A DNA stretch of 64,000 nucleotides from Dehalococcoidia bacterium. GTDB lineage: Bacteria > Chloroflexota > Dehalococcoidia > Lucifugimonadales > UBA3495. The position numbers and the translations under genes were made by a program. This document shows, in pieces, positions 50,139-58,425 of this stretch (position 1 is the first letter of the stretch; each line of letters starts with the position of its first letter). The stretch spans positions 1 to 64,000 of the forward strand of contig JASLXV010000069.1 in assembly GCA_030740155.1 (NCBI GenBank), read 5' to 3'. The notes below the pieces were generated by a model that was not told where the DNA came from, did not search any database, and saw only the letters and a list, made by a program, of their open reading frames with translations.

Positions 50139-51416
50139 CTACCCCATGAGCCGCGACCCGATGGGCTTGGTGCCGATCACCTCCTGCGCTTCCAGGGCGG
50201 CGATTTCCTCACGCGGCATGCCCAACAGCTCCCCGTAGATCTGATTATTGTGCTGGCCCAGGGTCGGCGAGGCCCAGCGGACCCGGACGGGGGTGGCCGA
50301 CATCTTCCAGGGCATGCCCGGGTAACGGCGTGGGCCAACCTGGGGATGGTCCACGGTGACAAAGGTGCCCCGTTCGGTATAGTGGGGGTCTTCCAGCAGG
50401 TCCGGACCCCGCAGCACCGCGGCGGAAGGCACGCCGATACCCTGAAGTTCCTCGGCTGCCCGGAATGCATCCTGCCCGGCCGTCCAGCGGGTTATAATTT
50501 CGTCCAGCTCGTCCAGGTGCTGCAGCCGGCCGGCAGCCGTGGCGAAGCGAGGGTCGCCGGCCAGATCTTCGCCGCCGACCAGGCGGGCCAGCCCCCGCCA
50601 CTGCTCGCTGCTGGTGACGGCGATGGTAACCCAGCGGTCTTCCCCGGCGCAAGGGTAGACGTTGTGCGGCGCGAGATCGGGGGACCGGTTGCCTTTCCGC
50701 TCCGGCTCTTCGCCGCTGATCTGGTACGCCAGCACGTCGGCGCCGGTGAGGGCCACCGCAGATTCGTGCTGAGACACGTCGATCATCATCCCTTTGCCGG
50801 TGCGTCGCCGGTAGCGTAGTGCGGCCAGCAGCACCCCGGCGGCGTGGGAGCCGGTTATGGGGTCGCCATGGTTTATGCCGGATTTCATCGGCCCCTCACC
50901 GGCATACCCGGTCATGTGGGCCATCCCGGAAAGCTGCTCCTGGCCGATGCCGTAGCAAACGTAGCCCTTCCAGGGGCCGGTATTGCCGAATGCCGGCATG
51001 GAGACGTAGATCAGATCTGGGCGAAGCCTGCGCAGCGCTTCGTAGTCGTACCCCAACCGGGCCAGGCTACCCTGACGGAAGTTCTCGATCAAGGCATCGC
51101 TGAGCGAGACCAGTTGTTCGAATATCCGTCGTCCCTCGTCGGAGGTCAGCTCCAGGGTGATTCCAAGTTTGCTGAGATGCAGGGTGTTGAACCAGCCGTT
51201 ACGGTTCCAGGGTTGTTCCCCCGGCTCGCCGTCGGGGTAGGAGGCGATGCCTCGGGCCGGGCTGACCGGCCCCCGATGGGAGTCGTAGACGCTGAGCGAC
51301 TCCAGTTTGATCACTTCCGCACCCATATCCGCCATCAGCTTGGTACAGTAAGGCCCCGCCCAAATCCGGGACAGGTCCAGGATGCGGTAGTTTGCCAGAG
51401 CTTGACGGTCACTCAT
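50139..51416 (-). CDS. Family III CoA-transferase (CaiB/BaiF)
   Basis: ILDLSRIWAGP, ENFR, FGNTGP, catalytic region HGDPITG. Confidence 0.92.
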   Translation of the reverse strand: MSDRQALANYRILDLSRIWAGPYCTKLMADMGAEVIKLESLSVYDSHRGPVSPARGIASYPDGEPGEQPWNRNGWFNTLHLSKLGITLELTSDEGRRIFEQLVSLSDALIENFRQGSLARLGYDYEALRRLRPDLIYVSMPAFGNTGPWKGYVCYGIGQEQLSGMAHMTGYAGEGPMKSGINHGDPITGSHAAGVLLAALRYRRRTGKGMMIDVSQHESAVALTGADVLAYQISGEEPERKGNRSPDLAPHNVYPCAGEDRWVTIAVTSSEQWRGLARLVGGEDLAGDPRFATAAGRLQHLDELDEIITRWTAGQDAFRAAEELQGIGVPSAAVLRGPDLLEDPHYTERGTFVTVDHPQVGPRRYPGMPWKMSATPVRVRWASPTLGQHNNQIYGELLGMPREEIAALEAQEVIGTKPIGSRLMG

Positions 51417-51552
51417 TATTGGGACTCCGTTAAAAGCCGTGAACACCACCCCTCCCGGAAAGAACCCGGAGGGCCGTGAATAGCTGGGCCCTGCAAGTCC
51501 TTGGCAAGGAGGGTGGGTCGGGAAGGATAGCGTTGTTTCAGGGCTGGAGTAC

Positions 51553-52848
51553 CTAGATCAGTTTCTGGTCCCGAAGCTTATCGATATCCCGGCCGGCGTA
51601 CCCCAGCTCTCCCAGCACGTCCCGAGTGTGCTCTCCCCGCAGCGGCGCCCGGCGGTAGACCCAGGCTTTGCCGGCGTTGCCGGCGCCGTCGAGTTCCAGG
51701 TTGGGCGCGGCGGGAGGACCGGGATATTTGAGCGGGCCGGCCACCGGGTGGTCCAGCTCCACGAAGTAGTCACGGGCGATCAACTGCTCCATCTCCAGGA
51801 TGTCCGACATGGAGGCGACGAAGGCGAAACCCAGGCCGCGTTCCTGACCGGCCTTGAAAATCTCCAGCTTGTCGTGGTCCAGCAGCCAGGGAAGCATCAG
51901 CGCCTCCACCTCGTCGGCGTTGACCAGGCGCCCCTGGCGGGAGTGAAAGCGAGGGTCGGCAAGCTCCTCCCGTTCCATGATGTTGGCCACCTGCGGCCAG
52001 CGATGCTCTGGGCCGGCGATAATTCCCACGTAGCCGTCGCGGCAGGGGTAAATGCCCCAGGCGGCCCGGCCGTAACCCCGGTTGCCCGCCCGGTTGAATT
52101 CCCGCCCGGAATAGCTGTACTGCATCAAAGCGTTTTCCAGGATGTTGGTGGCGCTCTCGGCGATGGAGATGTCGATGTGCTGGCCTTCCCCCGTCTCCTC
52201 GGCGTACATCAACCCAGCCATGGTGGCCACGAAGGCGTTCTGCCCGGCACACAGTTGCGCCAGGGGCGGCCCTTCTTTCAGCGGCTCCTGCTCCGGCTCG
52301 CCGGTGATGTTCATCAGCCCCCCGGCGGCGTAGAGGTTGATCTCCGCTGCCTTGCGGTCCCGGTAGGGCCCGGTCTGCCCGTAGTTGGAGATCGAGGTCA
52401 TCACCAGAGCCGGGTTCACCTGCCGTAAATCGGAGTAGCCCAGACCCAAATCTTCGAGGGTGCCCGGCGCAAAGTTCTCCACCACGATGTCTGAGTTCCG
52501 CGCCAGCTGGAGCAGTATCTCCTTGCCGGGACCGGACCTGAGGTCCAGGGTCACGCTTCTCTTCGACGTGTTCAGGTAGAGGAACCAGGCCCCAGACTCG
52601 CCTCTCATCCCATCTTCCGGCCGCGCCGCTCCGTCAACTGAGGAGGCAAGGGGTACGGCAAAAGGGCCGATCCGCCGCGCCGGGTCGCCGGCGCCGGGCC
52701 GTTCAATCTTCACAACGTCGGCGCCCATCGTAGCCAACAGCTTGGTGCAGTAAGGGCCGGACAGATAATGGGTCAAGTCGAGGACTCGGACGCCTTCCAG
52801 AAGTCCGGCCGGCGCCTCACCGGCGCCTGATGCATTGGTGCTCGCCAT
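51553..52848 (-). CDS. Family III CoA-transferase (CaiB/BaiF), catalytic Asp apparently absent
   Basis: VLDLTHYLSGP, NTSKRS, ENFAPG, YGQTGPY; PLAQLCAG at the Asp position. Confidence 0.9.
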   Translation of the reverse strand: MASTNASGAGEAPAGLLEGVRVLDLTHYLSGPYCTKLLATMGADVVKIERPGAGDPARRIGPFAVPLASSVDGAARPEDGMRGESGAWFLYLNTSKRSVTLDLRSGPGKEILLQLARNSDIVVENFAPGTLEDLGLGYSDLRQVNPALVMTSISNYGQTGPYRDRKAAEINLYAAGGLMNITGEPEQEPLKEGPPLAQLCAGQNAFVATMAGLMYAEETGEGQHIDISIAESATNILENALMQYSYSGREFNRAGNRGYGRAAWGIYPCRDGYVGIIAGPEHRWPQVANIMEREELADPRFHSRQGRLVNADEVEALMLPWLLDHDKLEIFKAGQERGLGFAFVASMSDILEMEQLIARDYFVELDHPVAGPLKYPGPPAAPNLELDGAGNAGKAWVYRRAPLRGEHTRDVLGELGYAGRDIDKLRDQKLI

Positions 52849-53276
52849 CGCCTCTTGGCCTTTCTCGGCTCGGGTAGAATTTGGTCCGCTGGTTATTGTG
52901 GCACCGGCTCGTTACAGATGCAAGCGGCCCGGACGCCCGGACAGGGTTTGGCGGCCCTCACCCGGCCCCGGCTGCGCCGGGACATCCCTCTCCCGAATGG
53001 CGAGGGAACGAGGGTGCGGGTATCGCTCCTGGATTCACTCTATCTCTTAATGCCGACGTCGCCAGGGAGGACTTGCGCCTCTTTCCGGCTTCACTGTGAC
53101 ATCAAGGTATTTATGATATTCTTCTATTTCACCCGCCGGCTGGCCCGCAGGTGGTCAGCCACCCCTACATTCGTTTCAGAGCAGCGCGGTCGAATTCCGG
53201 GCGGCGTCCTGGGGTAATGGCTGGTCATTCGAGGCTAGCGGCCGGTCTAGACCGGGCCGCGGGAAGGACAAACAGA

Positions 53277-54416
53277 ATGGAACGCCCCATTTTTCAACCG
53301 GTGGGCACCCCCGTGGAAGAGCTGGACACACCGGCTCTCGTAGTGGACCTGGAGGTTATGGAGCAAAACATCGAGACATTACACTCCTACTTCCGCCAGG
53401 CTGACGCCAAGGTCCGCCCTCATGTGGCCGGCCACCAATGTCCTCAAATCGCCCACCGGCAACTGGCGGCCGGGGGGACGGTTGGGGGCATTGCGGTCAC
53501 CACTGCCGGAGAGGCGGAGGTTTTCAGCAACGCCGGGTTCACCGATATCCTGGTGGCCAATGAGATAGTCACCCTGCCGAAGATTCGCCGGCTGTGCGTC
53601 CTCGCCGGGCTCAACCGTATCACGGTGGCCGTGGACAACCCCCGGAACGTCGACGCTCTCTCCGCGGAGGCGGTGACGGCGGGAGTAACCCTGAATGTGC
53701 TGGTGGAGGTTGAGGCGGGATTGGGACGCTGCGGGGTACCACCGGGAGCGGCGGCCCTGGAGTTGGCCCGGGCCGTGGAGCGCTCGCCGGGACTCGCCTT
53801 CGCGGGATTGATGGCGATTCCACCGGCGCCCCTACCCTCACCGGAAGAGAATGGGGACCTGACGCCGCCGGACCGGGCATCCCTGGAGGCTGAGACCAGC
53901 CGCCGGCTCCAACCGGTGCTGGATACCCGGCAACTGATCGAGGGTGACGGGCTGCCGGTGCAAGTGGTGAGCGTGGGCGGGACCCACAACTACGACATTG
54001 CCGGCGCAATGTCCGGTGTGACCGAGATACAGGCGGGCTCGTACCCTCTGATGGACTTCAGCTATTGCCGGGTGCGGGCTGAGTTCACCCCGGCGGCCCG
54101 GATTTTGGCCCAGGTAATCAGCCATCCGGTGGGGCATCTGGCGATCGTGGACGCGGGGCACAAGGCCACCGGTCCCGACCATGGAATAGCCGTCTTGGAT
54201 GGAGAGCCGGGGGCATCGGCCCTACGGTTCAGCGCCGAGCACGGCATCTTGGAGCTGGAAGGGCTGGCCATCCATCGGTTTCTGCCGGGCGCCACGGTCT
54301 GGCTGGTGCCCCAGGACCTGCGCCTCTGCCTCAACCAATATGACTACATCCGCGCGGTTCGGGGCGGCAAGCTGGAGGGCTTCTGGCCCATGACGGCCCG
54401 CGGGCGCTTTGATTAG
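53277..54416 (+). CDS. DSD1/D-threonine aldolase-like fold-type III PLP protein lacking the PLP lysine
   Basis: LDTPALVVD, RPHVAGHQ, GLGRCG, VGGT, EIQAGSY, SAEHG. Confidence 0.85.
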   Translation: MERPIFQPVGTPVEELDTPALVVDLEVMEQNIETLHSYFRQADAKVRPHVAGHQCPQIAHRQLAAGGTVGGIAVTTAGEAEVFSNAGFTDILVANEIVTLPKIRRLCVLAGLNRITVAVDNPRNVDALSAEAVTAGVTLNVLVEVEAGLGRCGVPPGAAALELARAVERSPGLAFAGLMAIPPAPLPSPEENGDLTPPDRASLEAETSRRLQPVLDTRQLIEGDGLPVQVVSVGGTHNYDIAGAMSGVTEIQAGSYPLMDFSYCRVRAEFTPAARILAQVISHPVGHLAIVDAGHKATGPDHGIAVLDGEPGASALRFSAEHGILELEGLAIHRFLPGATVWLVPQDLRLCLNQYDYIRAVRGGKLEGFWPMTARGRFD

Positions 54417-54427
54417 CGGTTAAGTAA

Positions 54428-54544
54428 GCCACAGAGGCACAGAGACACAGAAACAGAAAGTAAGTTTAGGGGCTCCTGTGGGTCTCAGTGGCTCCATGGC
54501 TCAGAGGTAGAGAAAGAAAAAGAAGGCCTCTGTGCCTCTGTGGC
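54428..54544. repeat. CACAGAG-family inverted repeat
   Basis: GCCACAGAGGCACAGAG ... CTCTGTGCCTCTGTGGC. Confidence 0.75.
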
Positions 54545-54593
54545 TCCGGGGCTTATCACCGGATACACCTAGAAACATCAGGAGGGGAAGACC

Positions 54594-55694
54594 ATGGACC
54601 AGCACTACCGGTCCCAGCCGGGCACCCCAGTCGAGGAGCTTGACACCCCCTGCTTGATACTGGACATGGACTCCATCGACCACAACATGGACGTCATGTC
54701 CAACTATTACGCCGGGCAGTCCAGCAACCTTCGCCCCCATAGCAAGAACCACAAGACCCCGGCCCTGGCCCACCGGCAGATTCGCCGCGGCGGCACCGTG
54801 GGCGGCGTGTGCGCGGCCAAGGTCGCCGAGGCCGAGGTGATGGTCCACGGAGGGATACCCAGCGTATTGGTCACCAGCGAGATCATCGCCCCCCGGAAGA
54901 TTCAGCGTCTATGCGCCCTGGCCCGGCAGGCCGAGATGATCGTCGCCTGCGACAGCCTGCAAAACGCCCGAGACCTATCCGGGGCGGCCGCCGGCGCCGG
55001 GGTCAACCTGGGCGTCCTGATCGAGCTTGAAACCCAGATGAACCGGTGCGGCGTCCAGGATATCGAACAAGGTGTGGCCCTGGCCCAGGGCATCCACTCG
55101 CTGCCCGGATTGACCTTCCGGGGCATCATGAGCCACCAGATGATCCCGCCGATGGAAGACCGGGAAGACCGGGTCACCGAGGGCCGCCGGATGATCCAGG
55201 TTGTTATCGACTTGAAGGACGCCATCGTGGCCGCCGGTATCCCAGTGGAGATCGTGTCCACCGGCGAGACCTGGAGCTACGACGTGGCCGGGGAGATTCC
55301 CGGCGTGACCGAGGTCCAGGGGGGCAGCTACCTGGTCATGGAGACCAAGTACTCCTACATGTCCGATTTCCATTACTCGGGAAAGGTGCTGACCACCATC
55401 ATCAGCACGCCCCGGCCGGGTATCGCCGTCGGCGACGCCGGCGCCAGGGCCGTCGGCGCCGTGAAAGGGATGCCCCTGGTGGACCGCCGGCCCGGAGTCA
55501 CCGTCGAGTCCATGGACGCCGACCATGCCATCTTCCGCCTGGCCGACGGCATAGAGCTGAATATCGGAGACCAACTGGCCCTGATACCGGGGCAGCAGGA
55601 CGCCATGGTGAGCCGCTGGGACCGGTTCGTCGGGGTGCGCGGCGGCAAAGTGGAGGTGGTCTGGGACATCCAGGCCCGTGGTTGTCATAACTGA
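54594..55694 (+). CDS. DSD1/D-threonine aldolase-like fold-type III PLP enzyme
   Basis: LDTPCL, RPHSKNHK (PLP Lys), MNRCG, EVQGGSY. Confidence 0.88.
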   Translation: MDQHYRSQPGTPVEELDTPCLILDMDSIDHNMDVMSNYYAGQSSNLRPHSKNHKTPALAHRQIRRGGTVGGVCAAKVAEAEVMVHGGIPSVLVTSEIIAPRKIQRLCALARQAEMIVACDSLQNARDLSGAAAGAGVNLGVLIELETQMNRCGVQDIEQGVALAQGIHSLPGLTFRGIMSHQMIPPMEDREDRVTEGRRMIQVVIDLKDAIVAAGIPVEIVSTGETWSYDVAGEIPGVTEVQGGSYLVMETKYSYMSDFHYSGKVLTTIISTPRPGIAVGDAGARAVGAVKGMPLVDRRPGVTVESMDADHAIFRLADGIELNIGDQLALIPGQQDAMVSRWDRFVGVRGGKVEVVWDIQARGCHN

Positions 55695-55799
55695 GGGGTG
55701 AGCAGCCAGCGGTCAGCTTTCAGCTGTCAGCCGTCGGTTTTCAGGCCACTGCTGGTGGCCTGAAGCCGGTAACGAACCCCGGTAGCGCCCTCTGGCCCC

Positions 55800-56465
55800 C
55801 TATGCCGGCGCGGGGGCGAAGTCGGGCGATAGCATCAGGTAGTTCTGCTGGGATATCAGGTGCTTTTGCACCCGGGGCACGTACTTCCCGGCCCAATCGG
55901 GGTCGGCGTAGACTTGGGCCCTCGCTTCTTTCATGTGGGCGTGGTCTCGATAGGCCCAGATGTGCACGATCTTGTTCAACTCGCCGAGGTCAGGAGTGTA
56001 CCAGCCGGCTAGCTTGACGCCGTATCTAAGCCGGATCGGCAGGCCCAAATCCCTCACCGCCTCGATGTAGTCCGGGATGGTTCCATGCTTGACCATGTAG
56101 ATACGGAAGTCGTAGACCATGGAGTTTCCCGGCTTGGCGCTTCCTGACCCCGGCTCGGGGGCGAAGTCGGGCGACACCATCAGGTGGGTCCTCTGGGTCT
56201 CGATGAGCGGCGTAATCCGGGGTACATACTTCCCCGTCCAATCGGGGTCCGAAGTGAACTGAGCCCTCCCTTCCCTCAGGTGGGCGTGGTCCCGATAGCC
56301 CCAGATGTGCACCACCTGGTTCAGCTCACCGATGTCGCTGTAATACCAGCCGGCCAGCTTGATGCCATACCGCTGGCGGATGGGAAACGCTAGCTCCTTC
56401 ACAGCCGTCATGTAGTCGGGCGTGCATCCGGGCTTCAACGTGTACATCCGGAAATCGTAGATCAT
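55800..56465 (-). CDS. NIPSNAP family protein with two tandem domains
   Basis: Two near-duplicate halves, MxYDFRxY...GELNxxVHIWxY...SPDFAP. Confidence 0.9.
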   Translation of the reverse strand: MIYDFRMYTLKPGCTPDYMTAVKELAFPIRQRYGIKLAGWYYSDIGELNQVVHIWGYRDHAHLREGRAQFTSDPDWTGKYVPRITPLIETQRTHLMVSPDFAPEPGSGSAKPGNSMVYDFRIYMVKHGTIPDYIEAVRDLGLPIRLRYGVKLAGWYTPDLGELNKIVHIWAYRDHAHMKEARAQVYADPDWAGKYVPRVQKHLISQQNYLMLSPDFAPAPA

Positions 56466-56503
56466 GGCGCTTACCTCCGTTATTAGCTGTCAGCCGTCAG
56501 CCG

Positions 56504-58147
56504 TCACAGCCCGATGATCTCCCCTGTCGGCGTTACGTCCATGTCCAGGGCCAGGGGGTGAGAGGGCAGGCCGGGGAGCGTCGCCACGTTTCCGGCCAGA
56601 GGATACAAGAAGCCCGCTCCCAACGAGGCTCGAATGTCCACAATGGGGAAGGTGTAGCCTCTGGGAGCGCCCCGCTTGGACTGGTCGTGGGTTGTGGAGA
56701 GGTGCGACTTGGCCATGCAGATGGGCAGGCCGCCCCATCCCTGGGCCTCGAAGTAGCGTCGCTGGCGCCGTGCCTCCGGAGACCAGGTCACGCCGTCGGC
56801 CCCGTAGATCTTCTGGGCCAGAGACAGCACTTTTTCCTCGATGGTGGCATCCAGAGGATACGGGTAGGTGATCTCCGGCGGTTCCTGGGCAATCCGAGCC
56901 ACGGCCTCAGCCAGGGCAGCCCCGCCTTCGCCGCCCTGGGCGAACCCGCAACACTCCACCGCCGCTTGAGCCCCGGCCGCCGAGGCGATTTGGGCCACTT
57001 CCCGCATCTCCTCTGGGGTATCGCTGTGGAACTGGTTGATGGCTACCACCACGGGCAGGCCAAAGCTTTGGATCAGAGCGATGTGATGCTCCAGGTTGGA
57101 AGCGCCGGCTCGCACGGCAGCGGGGTCCGGTTTCTCCAGGGCTCGCCGGGCGGTGCCCCCGTGCCACTTCAAGGCCCGCACCGAGGCCACCAGGACTGCC
57201 GCGCTGGGCATCAGGCCGCTCTGCCGGGCTTTGATGTCCATGAATTTTTCGAACCCCAGGTCCGAGCCGAACCCGGCTTCGGTAATGACGAAGTCAGTGT
57301 ACGCCAGGGCCATCCGGTCCGCCAGGACGGAGTTGCAGCCGTGGGCTATGTTGCCAAAGGGCCCGGCATGGATCAGGGCCGGCTGCCCTTCCATGGTCTG
57401 GACCAGGTTGGGCATTATGGTGTGGCGCAGCAGCGTCATCAGGGCGCCGGTCACACCCAGCGTTTCCACGCTGACCGGCTCGCCGTCGCGAGTGGTGCCC
57501 ACGACTATGCGCGAGACGCGCGCCCTCAGGTCTTCCAGACCCTCCGACAGGGCCAGAATGGCCATGATCTCCGAGGCGGAGACTATGTCGAACCGGGTAT
57601 CCCGCAGGGGGCTGTTGGCGCTTCCTCCCAGACCGGTGATGATCTGCCGGATTGCCCGGTCCGACGCGTCGGTGACCCGAGCCCACTGGATTCCCGTGGC
57701 TTCAAAACCGGGGACCGAGTTACGGTACACGGCGTTATCGATTAGAGCGGCCAGCAGGTTGTGGGCCGAGGCTACCGCGTGGGCATCCCCGGTGAAGTGG
57801 ATGTTGATCTCATCTTCGGGAACGACCCGTGCCTTGCCTCCTCCGGTGCCGCCTCCCTTGATCCCAAAAATCGGTCCCAGAGTCGGCTCCCGAAGGGTGA
57901 CGGCGGCGCGGCAGCCCAGCTTGCTGAGGCCCTGTACCAGGCCGATAGCCGTGGTGGTTTTGCCTTCGCCCGCTGGCGTGGGGGTCATTCCGGTCATCAC
58001 CACCAGCCTGGCCTTGGCTTCTCCCTCTTGGCGGACTGGCCCGGCCTGCAGGGCCTCAAGCTGGATCTTCGCCTTGTAACGGCCGTAGGGAATCAGGTGA
58101 TCTTCTTTGACGCCGAGACGGGCCGCGATCTGGACGATGGGCTCCAT
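56504..58147 (-). CDS. fhs: Formate--tetrahydrofolate ligase
   Basis: PYGRYKAK, TPTPAGEGKTT, FGIKGGGTGGG, HAGPFGNIAHG, TEAGFGSDLG, PICMAKS. Confidence 0.96.
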   Translation of the reverse strand: MEPIVQIAARLGVKEDHLIPYGRYKAKIQLEALQAGPVRQEGEAKARLVVMTGMTPTPAGEGKTTTAIGLVQGLSKLGCRAAVTLREPTLGPIFGIKGGGTGGGKARVVPEDEINIHFTGDAHAVASAHNLLAALIDNAVYRNSVPGFEATGIQWARVTDASDRAIRQIITGLGGSANSPLRDTRFDIVSASEIMAILALSEGLEDLRARVSRIVVGTTRDGEPVSVETLGVTGALMTLLRHTIMPNLVQTMEGQPALIHAGPFGNIAHGCNSVLADRMALAYTDFVITEAGFGSDLGFEKFMDIKARQSGLMPSAAVLVASVRALKWHGGTARRALEKPDPAAVRAGASNLEHHIALIQSFGLPVVVAINQFHSDTPEEMREVAQIASAAGAQAAVECCGFAQGGEGGAALAEAVARIAQEPPEITYPYPLDATIEEKVLSLAQKIYGADGVTWSPEARRQRRYFEAQGWGGLPICMAKSHLSTTHDQSKRGAPRGYTFPIVDIRASLGAGFLYPLAGNVATLPGLPSHPLALDMDVTPTGEIIGL

Positions 58148-58425
58148 GGGACCTCCGGTTTCTCCTCGCCGGTGGCGGCTGAGGAGAAGTATGTTTCGCT
58201 CTCGCGAGAAGAGAAGACCTATCCTCAATCTCAGCCGAGCATGTCATCGGCACGGGCAGATTAGCAGTGTCTCGTGCTGCCGATCGACTCAGATTTGCGA
58301 ACGGGCTCCGGTGCGGCAATTCCGCTCCGGTCTGGAACCGGCCTAACGCCTCCCAAGTCCGGCACATAGGCCACTTGCGAGCGGGCCCACCGCGCATCCC
58401 GGCTTACCGTCGTGGGAATCCTGGA

